64,000 nt of DNA from Candidatus Doudnabacteria bacterium. Its GTDB lineage: Bacteria > Patescibacteriota > Doudnabacteria > UBA920. The stretch lies in NCBI GenBank assembly GCA_963768175.1, contig CAVYGQ010000001.1, forward strand, positions 702,305-766,304, in the 5' to 3' direction. The stretch's first letter is position 1. Every line of letters starts with the position of its first letter. Below the pieces are notes generated by a model that saw only the letters and a list, made by a program, of their open reading frames with translations, made no database searches and was not told the DNA's origin. This document shows, piece by piece, positions 38,505 to 48,829 of the stretch. Made by a program: the position numbers and the translations under genes.

Positions 38505-39428
38505 TTACGATTTTTGCAAGGCTTCTAAATCCTTTACCGAGCTTGCCATTCGCTGAGCGAGGGGTTCAATCTTAACAATTAAGTACTTTATTAGATTGAA
38601 CATTTTTTGCAACTCATCTTTGGTCTCAATAAAAGCACTGTAATAAATATACATTTGTTGTCCGCTGAATTCAATAGAAAATTCTTTGTAATCATCTTTG
38701 GTTTTCCCCATAAAATCCGGGGTGAATATTTCCAAAGCCTCAATTTCAAATTCCTTTCTGGTGTAGAGTGTAAAATACTTATTATAATCGCCTTCTAGCT
38801 TAAGTATTTCTGAATCTGGGAAGTTTGGCCGCAAGTTGCTAAAAAATCTAATTCCCGCTACCAATAAAATCGGAGGCAGTGGGTTCGGACAAGGGACTTG
38901 GAAAATGGTATTATTATGCGTTTCGCTGGTTTTACCTCCGCCAGTTACATAGCTATAATTGAATAGAGCAAATTTATTGCCCTGGTATTCGCCTGTAATA
39001 AAATCCTGAACGGAGCGGCTGTGGCCAATATTAAAAACTGCACCGCTTAGCCCGTCCAGGCTAGAAATTTTTTGATAACCGTATCCGTTGGCGGCCGCAA
39101 ACTGTTGCATAAATTCATGATGGACCTTGCTGTGAACATAAACATATAAGCCAAGAAATATAAAAACAGGGGCAATAAAACCAAATGCTCTAGGGTCGTT
39201 GTTGTCAACAGGCGGAACCAAGACAAGCCAAAAGTAAATTAGGGTTTCCCAGGCTATTGTGGCCACAATTCCAGCCCATAATATTTTTTTTCGCTTTAAA
39301 AAAATTTCCTTAACGCTTTTGTTTACATCATCAATGCTTTCATCAAGCACCAAGCCCTGCTGGGCGTCTGTAGCCATACCGTTGTCTGGTGTCCCTAATG
39401 AAGGTTCTATGTTATTTGAATTTTCCAT
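38505..39428 (-). CDS. Membrane protein (2 TM + soluble domain), DUF3137-like
   Basis: Two TM segments. LEGDYNKYFTLY...ALEIFTPDFM pattern. Confidence 0.7.
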   Translation of the reverse strand: MENSNNIEPSLGTPDNGMATDAQQGLVLDESIDDVNKSVKEIFLKRKKILWAGIVATIAWETLIYFWLVLVPPVDNNDPRAFGFIAPVFIFLGLYVYVHSKVHHEFMQQFAAANGYGYQKISSLDGLSGAVFNIGHSRSVQDFITGEYQGNKFALFNYSYVTGGGKTSETHNNTIFQVPCPNPLPPILLVAGIRFFSNLRPNFPDSEILKLEGDYNKYFTLYTRKEFEIEALEIFTPDFMGKTKDDYKEFSIEFSGQQMYIYYSAFIETKDELQKMFNLIKYLIVKIEPLAQRMASSVKDLEALQKS

Positions 39429-39485
39429 ATTTAAAAATATAATTTTTTGATAGCTTGGGAAGCTAATATTTTAAACTTTACAATA

Positions 39486-39866
39486 TTAAACAGACTGGGC
39501 TGGCGGCGTTGGTATTGGCACTGCTGTAAGCTCCTTTTTTGCTTTATGAAGATAATAAATTATAACCCCGCTTACCCCCATATAGAGCACCATCCAGACA
39601 TAGACTAGTTGCGTGAATAACGAAGTAATTATCGTATACAGCAAACCGAACCAGATGGTGTAATATACGAATTTATACGAAGTTTTTACAAGCGTATCTA
39701 ATTTAAAAGCGAAGTAAACGCACACTACGGCTAAAATTAAATTAACTACGAAAAGATACCTTAACGAACCCTTGTAATAAGATTGGCCAAGCACATCAAA
39801 GATTGTATCTGCATTTAGCAAAAACAATCCCCCCAGCCAGCCTTTTATAGTTGTTATTGATTTCAT
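39486..39866 (-). CDS. Hypothetical membrane protein (4 TM)
   Basis: Hydrophobic segments. Confidence 0.65.
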   Translation of the reverse strand: MKSITTIKGWLGGLFLLNADTIFDVLGQSYYKGSLRYLFVVNLILAVVCVYFAFKLDTLVKTSYKFVYYTIWFGLLYTIITSLFTQLVYVWMVLYMGVSGVIIYYLHKAKKELTAVPIPTPPAQSV

Positions 39867-39997
39867 TTGGTTTCTTGAGTGGTTTAATTATTTGCCCTAA
39901 TTATACACCTTTTTTGCTCATAAATAAAGGGGTAAAGTTTTCTTTCGCCGATAGGTCGTATTTTTGAAAGCTCAAAACCGCCCGTGAATAGGGCGGT

Positions 39998-40246
39998 TTA
40001 TAATTTTAAACTTTTAATCAAATTTTCTTTTCTTATGCGCGACCATTTTTTAACCTGGATTTCCCTGTGCCTGGCTTCGGTTAAAGTTAAGTAGGCTTCC
40101 ATATAAACCATCCTGCCGCCACCATGAATCTTTGTGTATCTGGCACCTCGGCTAGTATTATGCCGTTCCTCGCGTTGAGGCGGATGATTTGTGCTGCCTA
40201 CGTATAAAGCCCCGTCATTGCAAAGGAAAAGATAAAAATAGAACAT
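39998..40246 (-). CDS. Small GIY-YIG nuclease (YhbQ/UPF0213-like), copy 2
   Basis: YFYLFLCNDGALYVGSTN...RHN...GARYT...REIQVKKWSR. Confidence 0.9.
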   Translation of the reverse strand: MFYFYLFLCNDGALYVGSTNHPPQREERHNTSRGARYTKIHGGGRMVYMEAYLTLTEARHREIQVKKWSRIRKENLIKSLKL

Positions 40247-40486
40247 GAGTATTTGCCTCTCAACTCGCTACGCTCGCTCGAGGCACTCTCCTCATTTTGA
40301 TGGTTAACTTGGTCAGAGGTTCAAACGTAGTGAGAACCGGAGACCACGAGCGAATTTTAAATTTATTTAAAATGAGTCGAGTGGTAGACCATCTCGAGAC
40401 AGGTGGAAAACTTATCTGGCTTTGGTAAGAGAAATTTATAATTTATTGGCAAATGGATGCTAGGCATTTTTTTGTTTTTTGAATCT

Positions 40487-41392
40487 TTATTTAGATTTTT
40501 GATAAGCCTGGACTATGTAGCTAGTGGTAGAGGTAAGTTTTTCTTGAGTGTAATCTTGAGAATTTTTGTGCCCGAGGATTTGTAATTTTGAGAAAAAAAA
40601 TTCATTTTGTAGCCGCATTTGCACATATTGTGAGGCAATGGAATCTATATTATCAGGCTGGTTTAAGCTAAATAATTGTTCCGGATCCCCGTTTTTCAAA
40701 ACTTTTATAGTTTGCTCGTCATGCGCTTCGGCATTGGCGGGTGTTAGGTAATGGGAAAAGTCCGTACTTTGAACCACTAACGAATTTTTATTTAAAACCC
40801 TTTCTAAAACCCCTACAATTTGCTCCAGCTCGGCTTTGGGCGTGGATTCCTTAAACGTAACGGCGATAATTTTGGCATTGGGAAAATAGTATTTTATAAA
40901 CGGAAGTTCGGCGCCCAACCCGTGTTCTCGGTAAAAAAAATCCTGGATGCTGACAAATGGCAGATTAAGTAGTTTTTGGACCGCCTGGTTGTCGCTGTTC
41001 AGCGTGCCAAAAACTGTAGAGAAACTACTTTGGGAAACAGAAATATCGGTCTGTCCCAAATTAAAATGGTCTGGGCTCATTAAAAGTATTTGACTTAGGC
41101 TGCTTGAAGCCGCAAACTTAAAAGCGCCAGCAATAAGGTCAATTGCCAATAAATGGTGCGGTACGGTAATGCCGGTCACTTTTTCTGTTGTGGGAGTAAC
41201 GGTGCTAAAGTTGATTGGGGTTAAAAACGTAGATTTGTCATCAAACTGCGGCGGCACGGTCATGGTCTGAAGAGGGCTTAACTCATTTATCTCTTGGCCT
41301 AGTGGCTTATTTTTCTCCCGCAGCCAAAACAAACCCGCCAGACCTGCAAGTAAAACCAAAAATATAATCAGTCCTAATTTAAATCTCATCAT
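40487..41392 (-). CDS. MEMO1/AmmeMemoRadiSam protein B-like, membrane anchored
   Basis: VPHH, SPDHF, REHG, STDFSHY motifs. Confidence 0.85.
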   Translation of the reverse strand: MMRFKLGLIIFLVLLAGLAGLFWLREKNKPLGQEINELSPLQTMTVPPQFDDKSTFLTPINFSTVTPTTEKVTGITVPHHLLAIDLIAGAFKFAASSSLSQILLMSPDHFNLGQTDISVSQSSFSTVFGTLNSDNQAVQKLLNLPFVSIQDFFYREHGLGAELPFIKYYFPNAKIIAVTFKESTPKAELEQIVGVLERVLNKNSLVVQSTDFSHYLTPANAEAHDEQTIKVLKNGDPEQLFSLNQPDNIDSIASQYVQMRLQNEFFFSKLQILGHKNSQDYTQEKLTSTTSYIVQAYQKSK

Positions 41393-43845
41393 TTAGCTTG
41401 GAGGGGATTGTACCAAAAATTCTTTGCCGGCAGCTTATCCGTTTGGTCGTAAACCCACCCCTTCCAGTCATTATCGGTCAGCCGTTGCCCACCCAGCGAA
41501 TTGGTAAATTCGTACTGGTTATATACCAAGCCTGTTACCACTCTCGGCGTATTTTCATTATTAACAATCGCCAGCATCAAATAGGGTTGACCGTCGGCTT
41601 CGTAAAGAATTTGGTTCCTAACCGCGTCAGTGGCAATGTCGGCAATCAAAGCCACTTTACCTGTGTCCTGATCGGCCTGGGTGGCGCTGTCAAACGGCTG
41701 GACCATAAACGACAGCTGAGTGGTCCTTAACTTTTCGTAATCATCCTCGCTAATGGCTTTGCCCTGCATTTCCTGTTGGGCCATGGATGCGTAAAAATTG
41801 GTAATATCCTGAAAATTCTGCAGGCGGGCGGACACGTCGCTGTTGCTGAATAAATTATTTTGGCTAAAGACCTGTTTGGTCTGGCTAATAAGCTGACCAA
41901 AGCGGTTCCAAAAATCCAGATTCGGCTCCACAAAACCCTTAACCACCGGCGGCAAAGGCGGAGGTTCTTCACCGCCGCCGCCCAGTTCGGCGTAGCTCTG
42001 TTTGGCGTACAGCAGGGTGTCGTGTTTAAGTTCAGTGTAAGAGCCTAAAAAGGTCTGAATTTGTTTGTCCAAGAACGGAACCGCCTGCATATAGGCAGGA
42101 TAACTGGAATCGTAAGGGTGCGTTAAAGAGCCGAGCACATAAAGCCAAGCGCTGCCCATGGAAGCGAACCATTCGGATTGGGTAACCTTGCCGATGTCGG
42201 ACTGCTTTTGTCCAAGTTTGGTGAAAAAGCCTTGGACATCGCTGTCGCTAAAGCCCGCGTCTTTTTGCAGGAACTGCCCGGCGTATTTTTGCGCCTGCGC
42301 GTCGCCCAGCGCGGCCGGCACAAACAAAGCCGATGGGGTGGAAGGCAACTTAACATCAGTTTTTTCCTGGCCAGCGGTTAAATCGTTCAAAATCCAGGCG
42401 TCAAAGCTAAACCGTTGGCCAAAAATCCTAAAGGCCAAGGAGCTGCGCAATAAGTCGCTTTTGGTTTGAGAAGAAATATTATTATCCACGACCACGTCAG
42501 ACAAAATTTTTGGCAGCCGCACTTGGTTTAAGTTGTCCGCCAGTTTTTGGATGCCGGCTTGGGAAACCAAATCAGCGTCGCTGGGCTGGGCCGTGCCTAA
42601 AATATTAGTTTCAAAATCCCGCCATTCCTGGTAAGTTAAGTCGTCGCTTTGGCCAGCGTAAAAGGCCGTCACGGTCATAATTTTCTGCCAGGGATCAACC
42701 GGGGTCACGCCGGACTTGCTTTTAATCTGGAATTGTTTGGCCAATAAACTGGCGTCGGTTATGCCTACGTCTTGTTGCAAAAAATAGCTACTCCGGCCTA
42801 GGTACACCATAGTGCGGAAGTAGGCGCGCAAGGCGGAATTCTTTGTGTAGTGGCTGCGCGGGGTGAACTGGGTGTAATCGGTTTTCAGGGTGTCGGAATA
42901 TTGGCCGAACAAGGGCGACACGCCGACATCGCTGGCCTTGTAAATAGCCTGCAGTTCGATTTGAATGGCGCTAATAAGCTCCGGGGTTAAACCGGCCGTA
43001 TATTTTGCCAAAATTGTTTTGGCATTATCATAGCTATCAATAGTCTGGTCTTGCTGGTCATAGGCATTTTCCTGGTCCGGGGTGTCAAACGAGTCGGGCT
43101 TAGGGGAGTTTTTATTTTCAAACAAAACCCGGGCCACAGTAATCTGGGCGAGCAAATTTTGATAGCGCTGCTGGATGTAGCCGGCATTATTCTGCTCTGC
43201 CGCGAGCAGATTGCCAGAAAGGCTAGTTAAAAAATCACCCAGGGACTGCGCTAATTCCTTTTGCTCCAATTGCTCCAAAGTCATGTCAAAAAATTTGTGG
43301 TAAGTATGAAGGACAATATCCGGGGTGACCAGCTTGGTGTTTTCCGGCGCGCGATAGTACTTGTCGGAAGCCCCACCAATAGAGTCAAAATCGCTGAGCA
43401 TCTCGTCAAAATTATAGCCGTAGCCGGAAGCAAAGCCGGTATCGGCAGCGTCAACCAGCAAAAAATGATTGTCTTTCAAAAATTTTTGCTGGGCCGGCGA
43501 AAGGTTGAGGCCGTATTTTTTAGCAACAGCAACAAAGTTAGGGATGACTTTTAAAGCGTCGTCCACCGGGTACTGGGCAACTGTGGCAGAAGCTGACTCA
43601 GTGGTGTTGGTAGCCTGCTGGCTCGCTGGTGGTTGCTTTTGCTGTAGGGCAACGGGCCGGACCGGAACAAACTTAAAAACCAAAGCCACCCCGACTATCA
43701 AAACCAAAGCAGCCGCTGACGCAATACTATATATAGCGACCTTGCTTAATCGGCGCGGCGGCGGGTTCTGCGGCGGCATACTCGGGTAATCATTTTGCTG
43801 CGGCTGCTGCGAAGCGGGATTGAAATTTTGATTATTTGCTTCCAT
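41389..43845 (-). CDS. DUF3160-like large membrane-anchored protein
   Basis: DYTQFTPRSHY, YFRTMVYLGR, GQRFSFDA, SYTELKHDTLLYAKQ, RLTDNDW. Confidence 0.8.
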   Translation of the reverse strand: MEANNQNFNPASQQPQQNDYPSMPPQNPPPRRLSKVAIYSIASAAALVLIVGVALVFKFVPVRPVALQQKQPPASQQATNTTESASATVAQYPVDDALKVIPNFVAVAKKYGLNLSPAQQKFLKDNHFLLVDAADTGFASGYGYNFDEMLSDFDSIGGASDKYYRAPENTKLVTPDIVLHTYHKFFDMTLEQLEQKELAQSLGDFLTSLSGNLLAAEQNNAGYIQQRYQNLLAQITVARVLFENKNSPKPDSFDTPDQENAYDQQDQTIDSYDNAKTILAKYTAGLTPELISAIQIELQAIYKASDVGVSPLFGQYSDTLKTDYTQFTPRSHYTKNSALRAYFRTMVYLGRSSYFLQQDVGITDASLLAKQFQIKSKSGVTPVDPWQKIMTVTAFYAGQSDDLTYQEWRDFETNILGTAQPSDADLVSQAGIQKLADNLNQVRLPKILSDVVVDNNISSQTKSDLLRSSLAFRIFGQRFSFDAWILNDLTAGQEKTDVKLPSTPSALFVPAALGDAQAQKYAGQFLQKDAGFSDSDVQGFFTKLGQKQSDIGKVTQSEWFASMGSAWLYVLGSLTHPYDSSYPAYMQAVPFLDKQIQTFLGSYTELKHDTLLYAKQSYAELGGGGEEPPPLPPVVKGFVEPNLDFWNRFGQLISQTKQVFSQNNLFSNSDVSARLQNFQDITNFYASMAQQEMQGKAISEDDYEKLRTTQLSFMVQPFDSATQADQDTGKVALIADIATDAVRNQILYEADGQPYLMLAIVNNENTPRVVTGLVYNQYEFTNSLGGQRLTDNDWKGWVYDQTDKLPAKNFWYNPLQAK

Positions 43846-43981
43846 AAAATTATATATTTCTTAATCTCCAATATTGTGAAAGGAGGTTAATTAGTCAGTT
43901 ACATTATACATCTATTTTAGCTATAAATAAAACAAAAAAGTTCTCCATTTGTCGCAATGGAAAATTCTTTAGAATCAATGT

Positions 43982-44230
43982 TTATGGTTTCAGTCCTTTT
44001 GTTAGACGCTCCTTTTTCATCCGTGACCACTTTTTGACTTGGGTTTCTCTTTGCATTGCTTCTGATCTGGTGGCGTAAGTTTCAGTATATACAATTTTTC
44101 CACCGCTGTGTATTTTAGTATATCTTGCACCACGGGCCGTATTATGCCGTTCCTCGCGTTGAGGCGGATGATTTGTGCTGCCTGCGTATAAAGCCCCGTC
44201 ATTGCAAAGGAAAAGATAAAAATAGAACAT
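43982..44230 (-). CDS. Small GIY-YIG nuclease (YhbQ/UPF0213-like), copy 1
   Basis: Paralogue of 39998-40246. N-terminal half nearly identical. Confidence 0.9.
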   Translation of the reverse strand: MFYFYLFLCNDGALYAGSTNHPPQREERHNTARGARYTKIHSGGKIVYTETYATRSEAMQRETQVKKWSRMKKERLTKGLKP

Positions 44231-44365
44231 GAGTATTTGCCTCTCGGCTCGCTACGCTCGCTCGAGGCACTCTCCTCATTTTGATGGTTAACTTGGTCAG
44301 AGGTTCAAACGTAGTGAGAACCGGAGACCACGAGCGAATTTTAAATTTATTTAAAATAAGTCGAG

Positions 44366-44440
44366 TGGTAGCGCCACGGAGAATCGGACTCCGATTCACA
44401 GCTTGAAAAGCTGTTGTCCTAACCATTAGACGATGGCGCC
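44366..44440 (-). tRNA. tRNA-Glu(TTC)
   Basis: GGCGCCA/TGGCGCT + ACCA. Anticodon arm ACAGC-TTTTCAA-GCTGT. T-loop reads TCCGATT. Confidence 0.95.
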
Positions 44441-44576
44441 AAAATTTATTTTTTATCTTTTATCTTTAATTTTTTACTTACTTTTGGCAGTTTAGCATAA
44501 ATCCCCTATTTTTTCAAGAGCTTTTTCGGTCAAGTTTGTTGCCAACCAGCGCCAATTCTGGTAAATTTAACTCATT

Positions 44577-45665
44577 ATGAATAAAACAATTATTTTCTTC
44601 CTCGCCATTGCCCAATCCATACTTATTTTGTTAAACTTAATTGTCTATGGATTGCTCATTACTTTTTTCCCCTCCCTGGGAGCGCACAAAATGGCCCTGC
44701 TAATAATCCTGCTTTTGCTGGCAGTATCGTTTTTAGCCTTTTCGGTTCTAACATTTACCCGCGAAAACCCCGTTTTAAGAATAGGTTATATACTTTCTTC
44801 CATTTGGACGGTATCGGCTTTTTATTTTGTCTTAGCCTCGCTAATTACTCTTATAATATACCTGTTTTACCCGGTGAATTTATCCTGTTACGGGCTTGTT
44901 GCAATAACTGTAAGCGCGGGCTTAAGTGTTTATGGATTTATAAACGCACGCGCTACCAGACTTACGGAGATTAAAATAGCTTTGCCTAATCTGCCGGCCT
45001 TTTGGAAAGGCAAAAGCGCTATAATGGTTTCCGATTTACATTTAGGCCAAATTTTAAGAAAGGATTTTGCCGATAAAATTGTTGGTTTGATAAACCGCGA
45101 AAATCCGGAAATAGTTTTTATCCCCGGGGATTTTTACGACGGCGTGCATACCGACTTTCAAAATCTGGCCGACGGATTTAAAAAAATTAATGCCCCCCAA
45201 GGCATATATTTTTGCTCCGGCAACCACGAAATGTTCGCGGGTTACGGGCAATGCGAACGGGCTTTAAAAAATGCGGGAATAAAAATTTTGGAAAACCAAA
45301 AAGTTGAAATTAACGGCTTGCAGATTGCCGGCGTGGCTTATAAACACGACACTATGCCGGATCTGGCGCAAACCTTCAAGAATATAAATTTAGACAAAAC
45401 TAAACCAAGTATTTTACTAAAGCATGTGCCGCTCCAATTACAAGAAATCCAAGAGGCGGGTTTTAACCTGGTACTTTGCGGCCATTCCCACCACGGCCAA
45501 GTGTGGCCGGGCCGGCATATTACCAAACGCTATTTCAAAAATTTTGATTATGGTTTAAAAGCTTTCAAAAATTTGCAAGTTTACACCAGCAGTGGCGCGG
45601 GTACCTGGGGCCCGCCAATAAGAATATCCACCAAACCCGAAATTGTAAAAATAAATTTTGGGTAA
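44577..45665 (+). CDS. Membrane-bound metallophosphoesterase (YkuE-like)
   Basis: Four N-terminal TMs. SDLHLG, GDFYD, GNHE, GHSHHGQ, GTWGPP. Confidence 0.92.
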   Translation: MNKTIIFFLAIAQSILILLNLIVYGLLITFFPSLGAHKMALLIILLLLAVSFLAFSVLTFTRENPVLRIGYILSSIWTVSAFYFVLASLITLIIYLFYPVNLSCYGLVAITVSAGLSVYGFINARATRLTEIKIALPNLPAFWKGKSAIMVSDLHLGQILRKDFADKIVGLINRENPEIVFIPGDFYDGVHTDFQNLADGFKKINAPQGIYFCSGNHEMFAGYGQCERALKNAGIKILENQKVEINGLQIAGVAYKHDTMPDLAQTFKNINLDKTKPSILLKHVPLQLQEIQEAGFNLVLCGHSHHGQVWPGRHITKRYFKNFDYGLKAFKNLQVYTSSGAGTWGPPIRISTKPEIVKINFG

Positions 45666-45712
45666 TTTAAACCCCGCCCTTCGCGAAGGGCGAGGTAAAT
45701 AGCAATATATTT

Positions 45713-46189
45713 TTATTGAAAGCCCGCTTGGGTTAAAGTATGGGAACCCGGCGCCAAAGCCCCAATCTGGCTACCGATACAAAAAGTAATTACATAAGTA
45801 TTGGTTACAGGGGTGGCGCCGTTATAATACATATAATAATCATTAGCGCCGTTGGTATTTGTAGCAGAACTGCAAGTCCCATCCGCAGGATTAACGGTGG
45901 CGGGCATTTTGCTTAAATAATTAGGAACTAAAAGGTTGGTTACCGCATTGGTGCTTAAAGAACTTGCCGCTGTATTTGTGGGATAGCTGAACTTGTCGTT
46001 ATAATAAAGCTCAAAAGCCTTAGCCAGCTGGTTCATATCCGCCACTCTTTTAGCATCACGGCCTTTGGCTCTGGCGTTGGCCAGCGCCACCATAACTATA
46101 GAAGCTAAAAGCGCGATAATAGCAACCACCGTCAAAAGTTCAATGAGGGTAAAACCCAGTTTTCCGCAATTTTTCCTTTTTGTTTCCAT
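45713..46189 (-). CDS. Type IV pilin / GspG-like protein
   Basis: GFTLIELLTVVAIIALLA prepilin motif. ARAKGRDAKRVAD. Confidence 0.92.
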   Translation of the reverse strand: METKRKNCGKLGFTLIELLTVVAIIALLASIVMVALANARAKGRDAKRVADMNQLAKAFELYYNDKFSYPTNTAASSLSTNAVTNLLVPNYLSKMPATVNPADGTCSSATNTNGANDYYMYYNGATPVTNTYVITFCIGSQIGALAPGSHTLTQAGFQ

Positions 46190-46239
46190 TGCTTTTTAAA
46201 TACACCTTTTATTATAGCATATTTAATCAAGGCTTTCAA

Positions 46240-46815
46240 CTATTGGATGATTTTGTCAATAATCCCGTACTTTTTGGCCTCTTCCGCGGTCATAAAATAG
46301 TCCCGGTCGGTGTCTTTTTCTATCTTATTCACAGGCTGACCGGTGTGCTTGGCCAAAATGGCGTTTATTTGGTTTTTAATGCGCGTCATTTCCCTGGCCT
46401 GGATTTCCACGTCTTTTTGCTGGCCTTCCGCCCCGCCCATAACCTGGTGGATAAGTACGCGGGCATTGGGCAGGGAAAATCTCTTGCCTTTGGCGCCGCA
46501 GGCAAGCAGAACCGCGGAGGCTGATGCCGCTTGGCCAAGGCAGATGGTGGAAACGTCGGCCTTAACATGCTGCATGGTGTCATAAAGCGCCATAGCTGAT
46601 GTCACGCTGCCGCCCGGAGAATTAATATAAAGTTTGATATCTTCTTTGCTGTTTTCGGCATCCAAAAAAAGCAATTGCGCAATAAGCGTATTGGCTACCG
46701 CGTCATCTATGAGTTCTCCCAAAAAAATCACGCGGTCTTTAAGCAAGCGGCTGTAAATATCGTAGCCGCGCTCCCCTTGTGGGGATTTTTCTATAACCAT
46801 TGGTACGAGTGGCAT
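46240..46815 (-). CDS. clpP: ATP-dependent Clp protease proteolytic subunit
   Basis: [39 protein letters not shown]. Confidence 0.98.
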   Translation of the reverse strand: MPLVPMVIEKSPQGERGYDIYSRLLKDRVIFLGELIDDAVANTLIAQLLFLDAENSKEDIKLYINSPGGSVTSAMALYDTMQHVKADVSTICLGQAASASAVLLACGAKGKRFSLPNARVLIHQVMGGAEGQQKDVEIQAREMTRIKNQINAILAKHTGQPVNKIEKDTDRDYFMTAEEAKKYGIIDKIIQ

Positions 46816-46997
46816 AAAAGTAATCTCCTTCTTGGCGTCATTCCGAGCGAAGCGAGGAATCTCTTAACTTTTGATGAGATGCTTCACTGCATTCAGTAAG
46901 ATGCCATTAATGCCGTCCCGGAATTTTTCAACTGATGATAATTTTTTACCTGGAAAATACCCGGAATCAAATTTTTAAAATCCAAATATCAAATTAG

Positions 46998-48200
46998 TCA
47001 TGTCGCCGCGCGCTCCGGTTTTACTTCTTCAGCCGCTGTTTCCTCTTTTGCAACTTCCGACGTTACTTCCGCCGGCGTTTCTTCCCCCTTGTCCGACGTA
47101 GCTTCCACCTTCGCTGAAGCTTCGGCGGACACGTCAGCGGAGTCGGAGCCAATCTTCTCCCCGTTAATATCTATTTTCCATCCCGTTAACCGGGCGGCCA
47201 ATCTGACATTTTGTCCGGCTTTGCCGATGGCTAAAGAAAGTTGGTCTTCCAAAACGCCGACTTTAGCTTCTCTGGCTTGTTCGTCCAGCTGGACATTTAA
47301 AATTTTAGCCGGCGACAGCGCGTTGGCGATAAATTTTACCTGATCGTCGGAAAATTCAATAATATCTATTTTTTCCCCGCCGAGTTCAGCCATAACCGTC
47401 TGCACGCGGCTGCCCTTTTGCCCCACGCAGCTGCCAATGGGGTCTATGCCGTCCTGGTTGGAAATTACGGCAATTTTGGAGCGCGAGCCAGCTTCCCTTG
47501 CCACGGCCTTGATTTCCACGCTGCCGTTAAAAATTTCCGGCACTTCCAGTTCAAACAGCTTACGCACCATATCAGGATGGGAGCGCGACAAAGTAATTTT
47601 CGGGCCCCTAGTGGCCGGCTCAACGTGGAGGATTAAAACTTTTATCCGCTGGCCGACGGTATATTTTTCGCCGCGGATTTGCTCGCTGGGAAACAATACG
47701 CCAGCGGCTTTGCCCAAGTCTACAAGCACGGTATCACCTTCAACTCTCTGGACAATGCCATTTTGCAATGTGCGCTCTTTGGCCTTGAAGTCCGAGAACT
47801 GCACGTTCCTTTCCGCTTCCCTCAATTTTTGGATAATCACCTGCTTGGCGGTTTGCGCAGCAATACGGCCGTAAGACGTGCCGGTTTTAGGGGTAATTTC
47901 CGTACGGATTTCATCCCCGACTTTAGCCGATTTCTTTTTTTTCTTGGCTTCATCCAAATCTATAAATTTTTGGGGGTCTTCTTCCGCTTCAGTCAGAGTT
48001 TCCACCACGGTTTTCACGTCAAAAACTTTGGTGGCCATATTCTCCGGATTAAATTCCACCACAATATTTTGGTTCTTTTCACCGTAGTCTTTCCTGAAAG
48101 CCGCTGCCAAAGACGCTTCTATCATGGAAATTAAATCCTGGCGGCTGATGCCTTTTTCTTCAGCTATTTGATCGAGAGCCTGTTCTAGTTGTTCATTCAT
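46998..48200 (-). CDS. nusA: Transcription factor NusA
   Basis: GRIAAQTAKQVI, AREAGSRSKIAV, LSLAIGKAGQNVRLAARLTGW. Confidence 0.98.
   Translation of the reverse strand: MNEQLEQALDQIAEEKGISRQDLISMIEASLAAAFRKDYGEKNQNIVVEFNPENMATKVFDVKTVVETLTEAEEDPQKFIDLDEAKKKKKSAKVGDEIRTEITPKTGTSYGRIAAQTAKQVIIQKLREAERNVQFSDFKAKERTLQNGIVQRVEGDTVLVDLGKAAGVLFPSEQIRGEKYTVGQRIKVLILHVEPATRGPKITLSRSHPDMVRKLFELEVPEIFNGSVEIKAVAREAGSRSKIAVISNQDGIDPIGSCVGQKGSRVQTVMAELGGEKIDIIEFSDDQVKFIANALSPAKILNVQLDEQAREAKVGVLEDQLSLAIGKAGQNVRLAARLTGWKIDINGEKIGSDSADVSAEASAKVEATSDKGEETPAEVTSEVAKEETAAEEVKPERAAT
47088..47147. repeat. Two nested 30-nt elements in the nusA C-terminal tail
   Basis: Outer 47088-47103 + 47134-47147. Inner inverted copy 47104-47133. 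Confidence 0.85.
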
Positions 48201-48283
48201 ATATGTCCTATTAGTCTTATCTGACCTGTTTAATTTTTATTTGATGATCGGGGAATAAAAATGACGAGCATCGCTCGTCAAAA

Positions 48284-48703
48284 TCAACTCCAATCCTCAA
48301 CTGCATTCGGTATTATTGTAGCAGAATAGGCTGTTTTGTCAAGCCCTCCCATATTTATTACGCAAACATCAATTTGGGGCTGGAGGCGGTTGAATTTTGG
48401 GTTTTTTTGCAAATAAACCTTTACCGCCTTTAAAATTTTTATCTGCTTATAGCTATTGACCGCCTCCGCTCCGCCGCCGAATTTATCTGATGGTAAATTC
48501 CTGGCTTTTACTTCAACAAAAATTATTTTTTGCTTGTTTTTTGCGATAAAATCGATTTCTCCCAAACGTAATCCTTTTTTATTAAAAAAATTCGCGGCAA
48601 TAATTTTATAACCGCGTTTTTTATATTCTTCCTGAGCCAATTCTTCGCCAATTTGCCCTAAAGTCTTTGGCTGTTGTAGTTTGGCTTTAAATAAATTAAA
48701 CAT
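48284..48703 (-). CDS. YraN-family (UPF0102) PD-(D/E)xK nuclease
   Basis: LGQIGEELA, GEIDFIA, FVEVKAR. Confidence 0.92.
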   Translation of the reverse strand: MFNLFKAKLQQPKTLGQIGEELAQEEYKKRGYKIIAANFFNKKGLRLGEIDFIAKNKQKIIFVEVKARNLPSDKFGGGAEAVNSYKQIKILKAVKVYLQKNPKFNRLQPQIDVCVINMGGLDKTAYSATIIPNAVEDWS

Positions 48704-48829
48704 ATGATGGTATTCGCGAATATACCAAATAAAACATTAATATACAAATATTTCGTAGACGCTTTGACAAAGTGACAACTTACTGTGATTTAATTTATAT
48801 ATTACCTAAAATTTGTATATTTGCGATTA

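Larger units (their letters stand above)
38354..40387. mobile_element. tRNA-Glu-associated cassette 2 (GIY-YIG + two membrane proteins)
   Basis: Bounded by TGGYAG cores, with left and right arms shared with cassette 1. Confidence 0.7.
40382..44371. mobile_element. tRNA-Glu-associated cassette 1 (GIY-YIG + DUF3160-like + MEMO1-like)
   Basis: Right end shares TGGTAG with the tRNA CCA end. 233-bp near-identical arm 44139-44371 vs 40155-40387. Confidence 0.7.

Noticed and set aside
44199-44426. 75-aa minus-strand ORF
   Set aside because: Overlaps tRNA-Glu and the cassette arm
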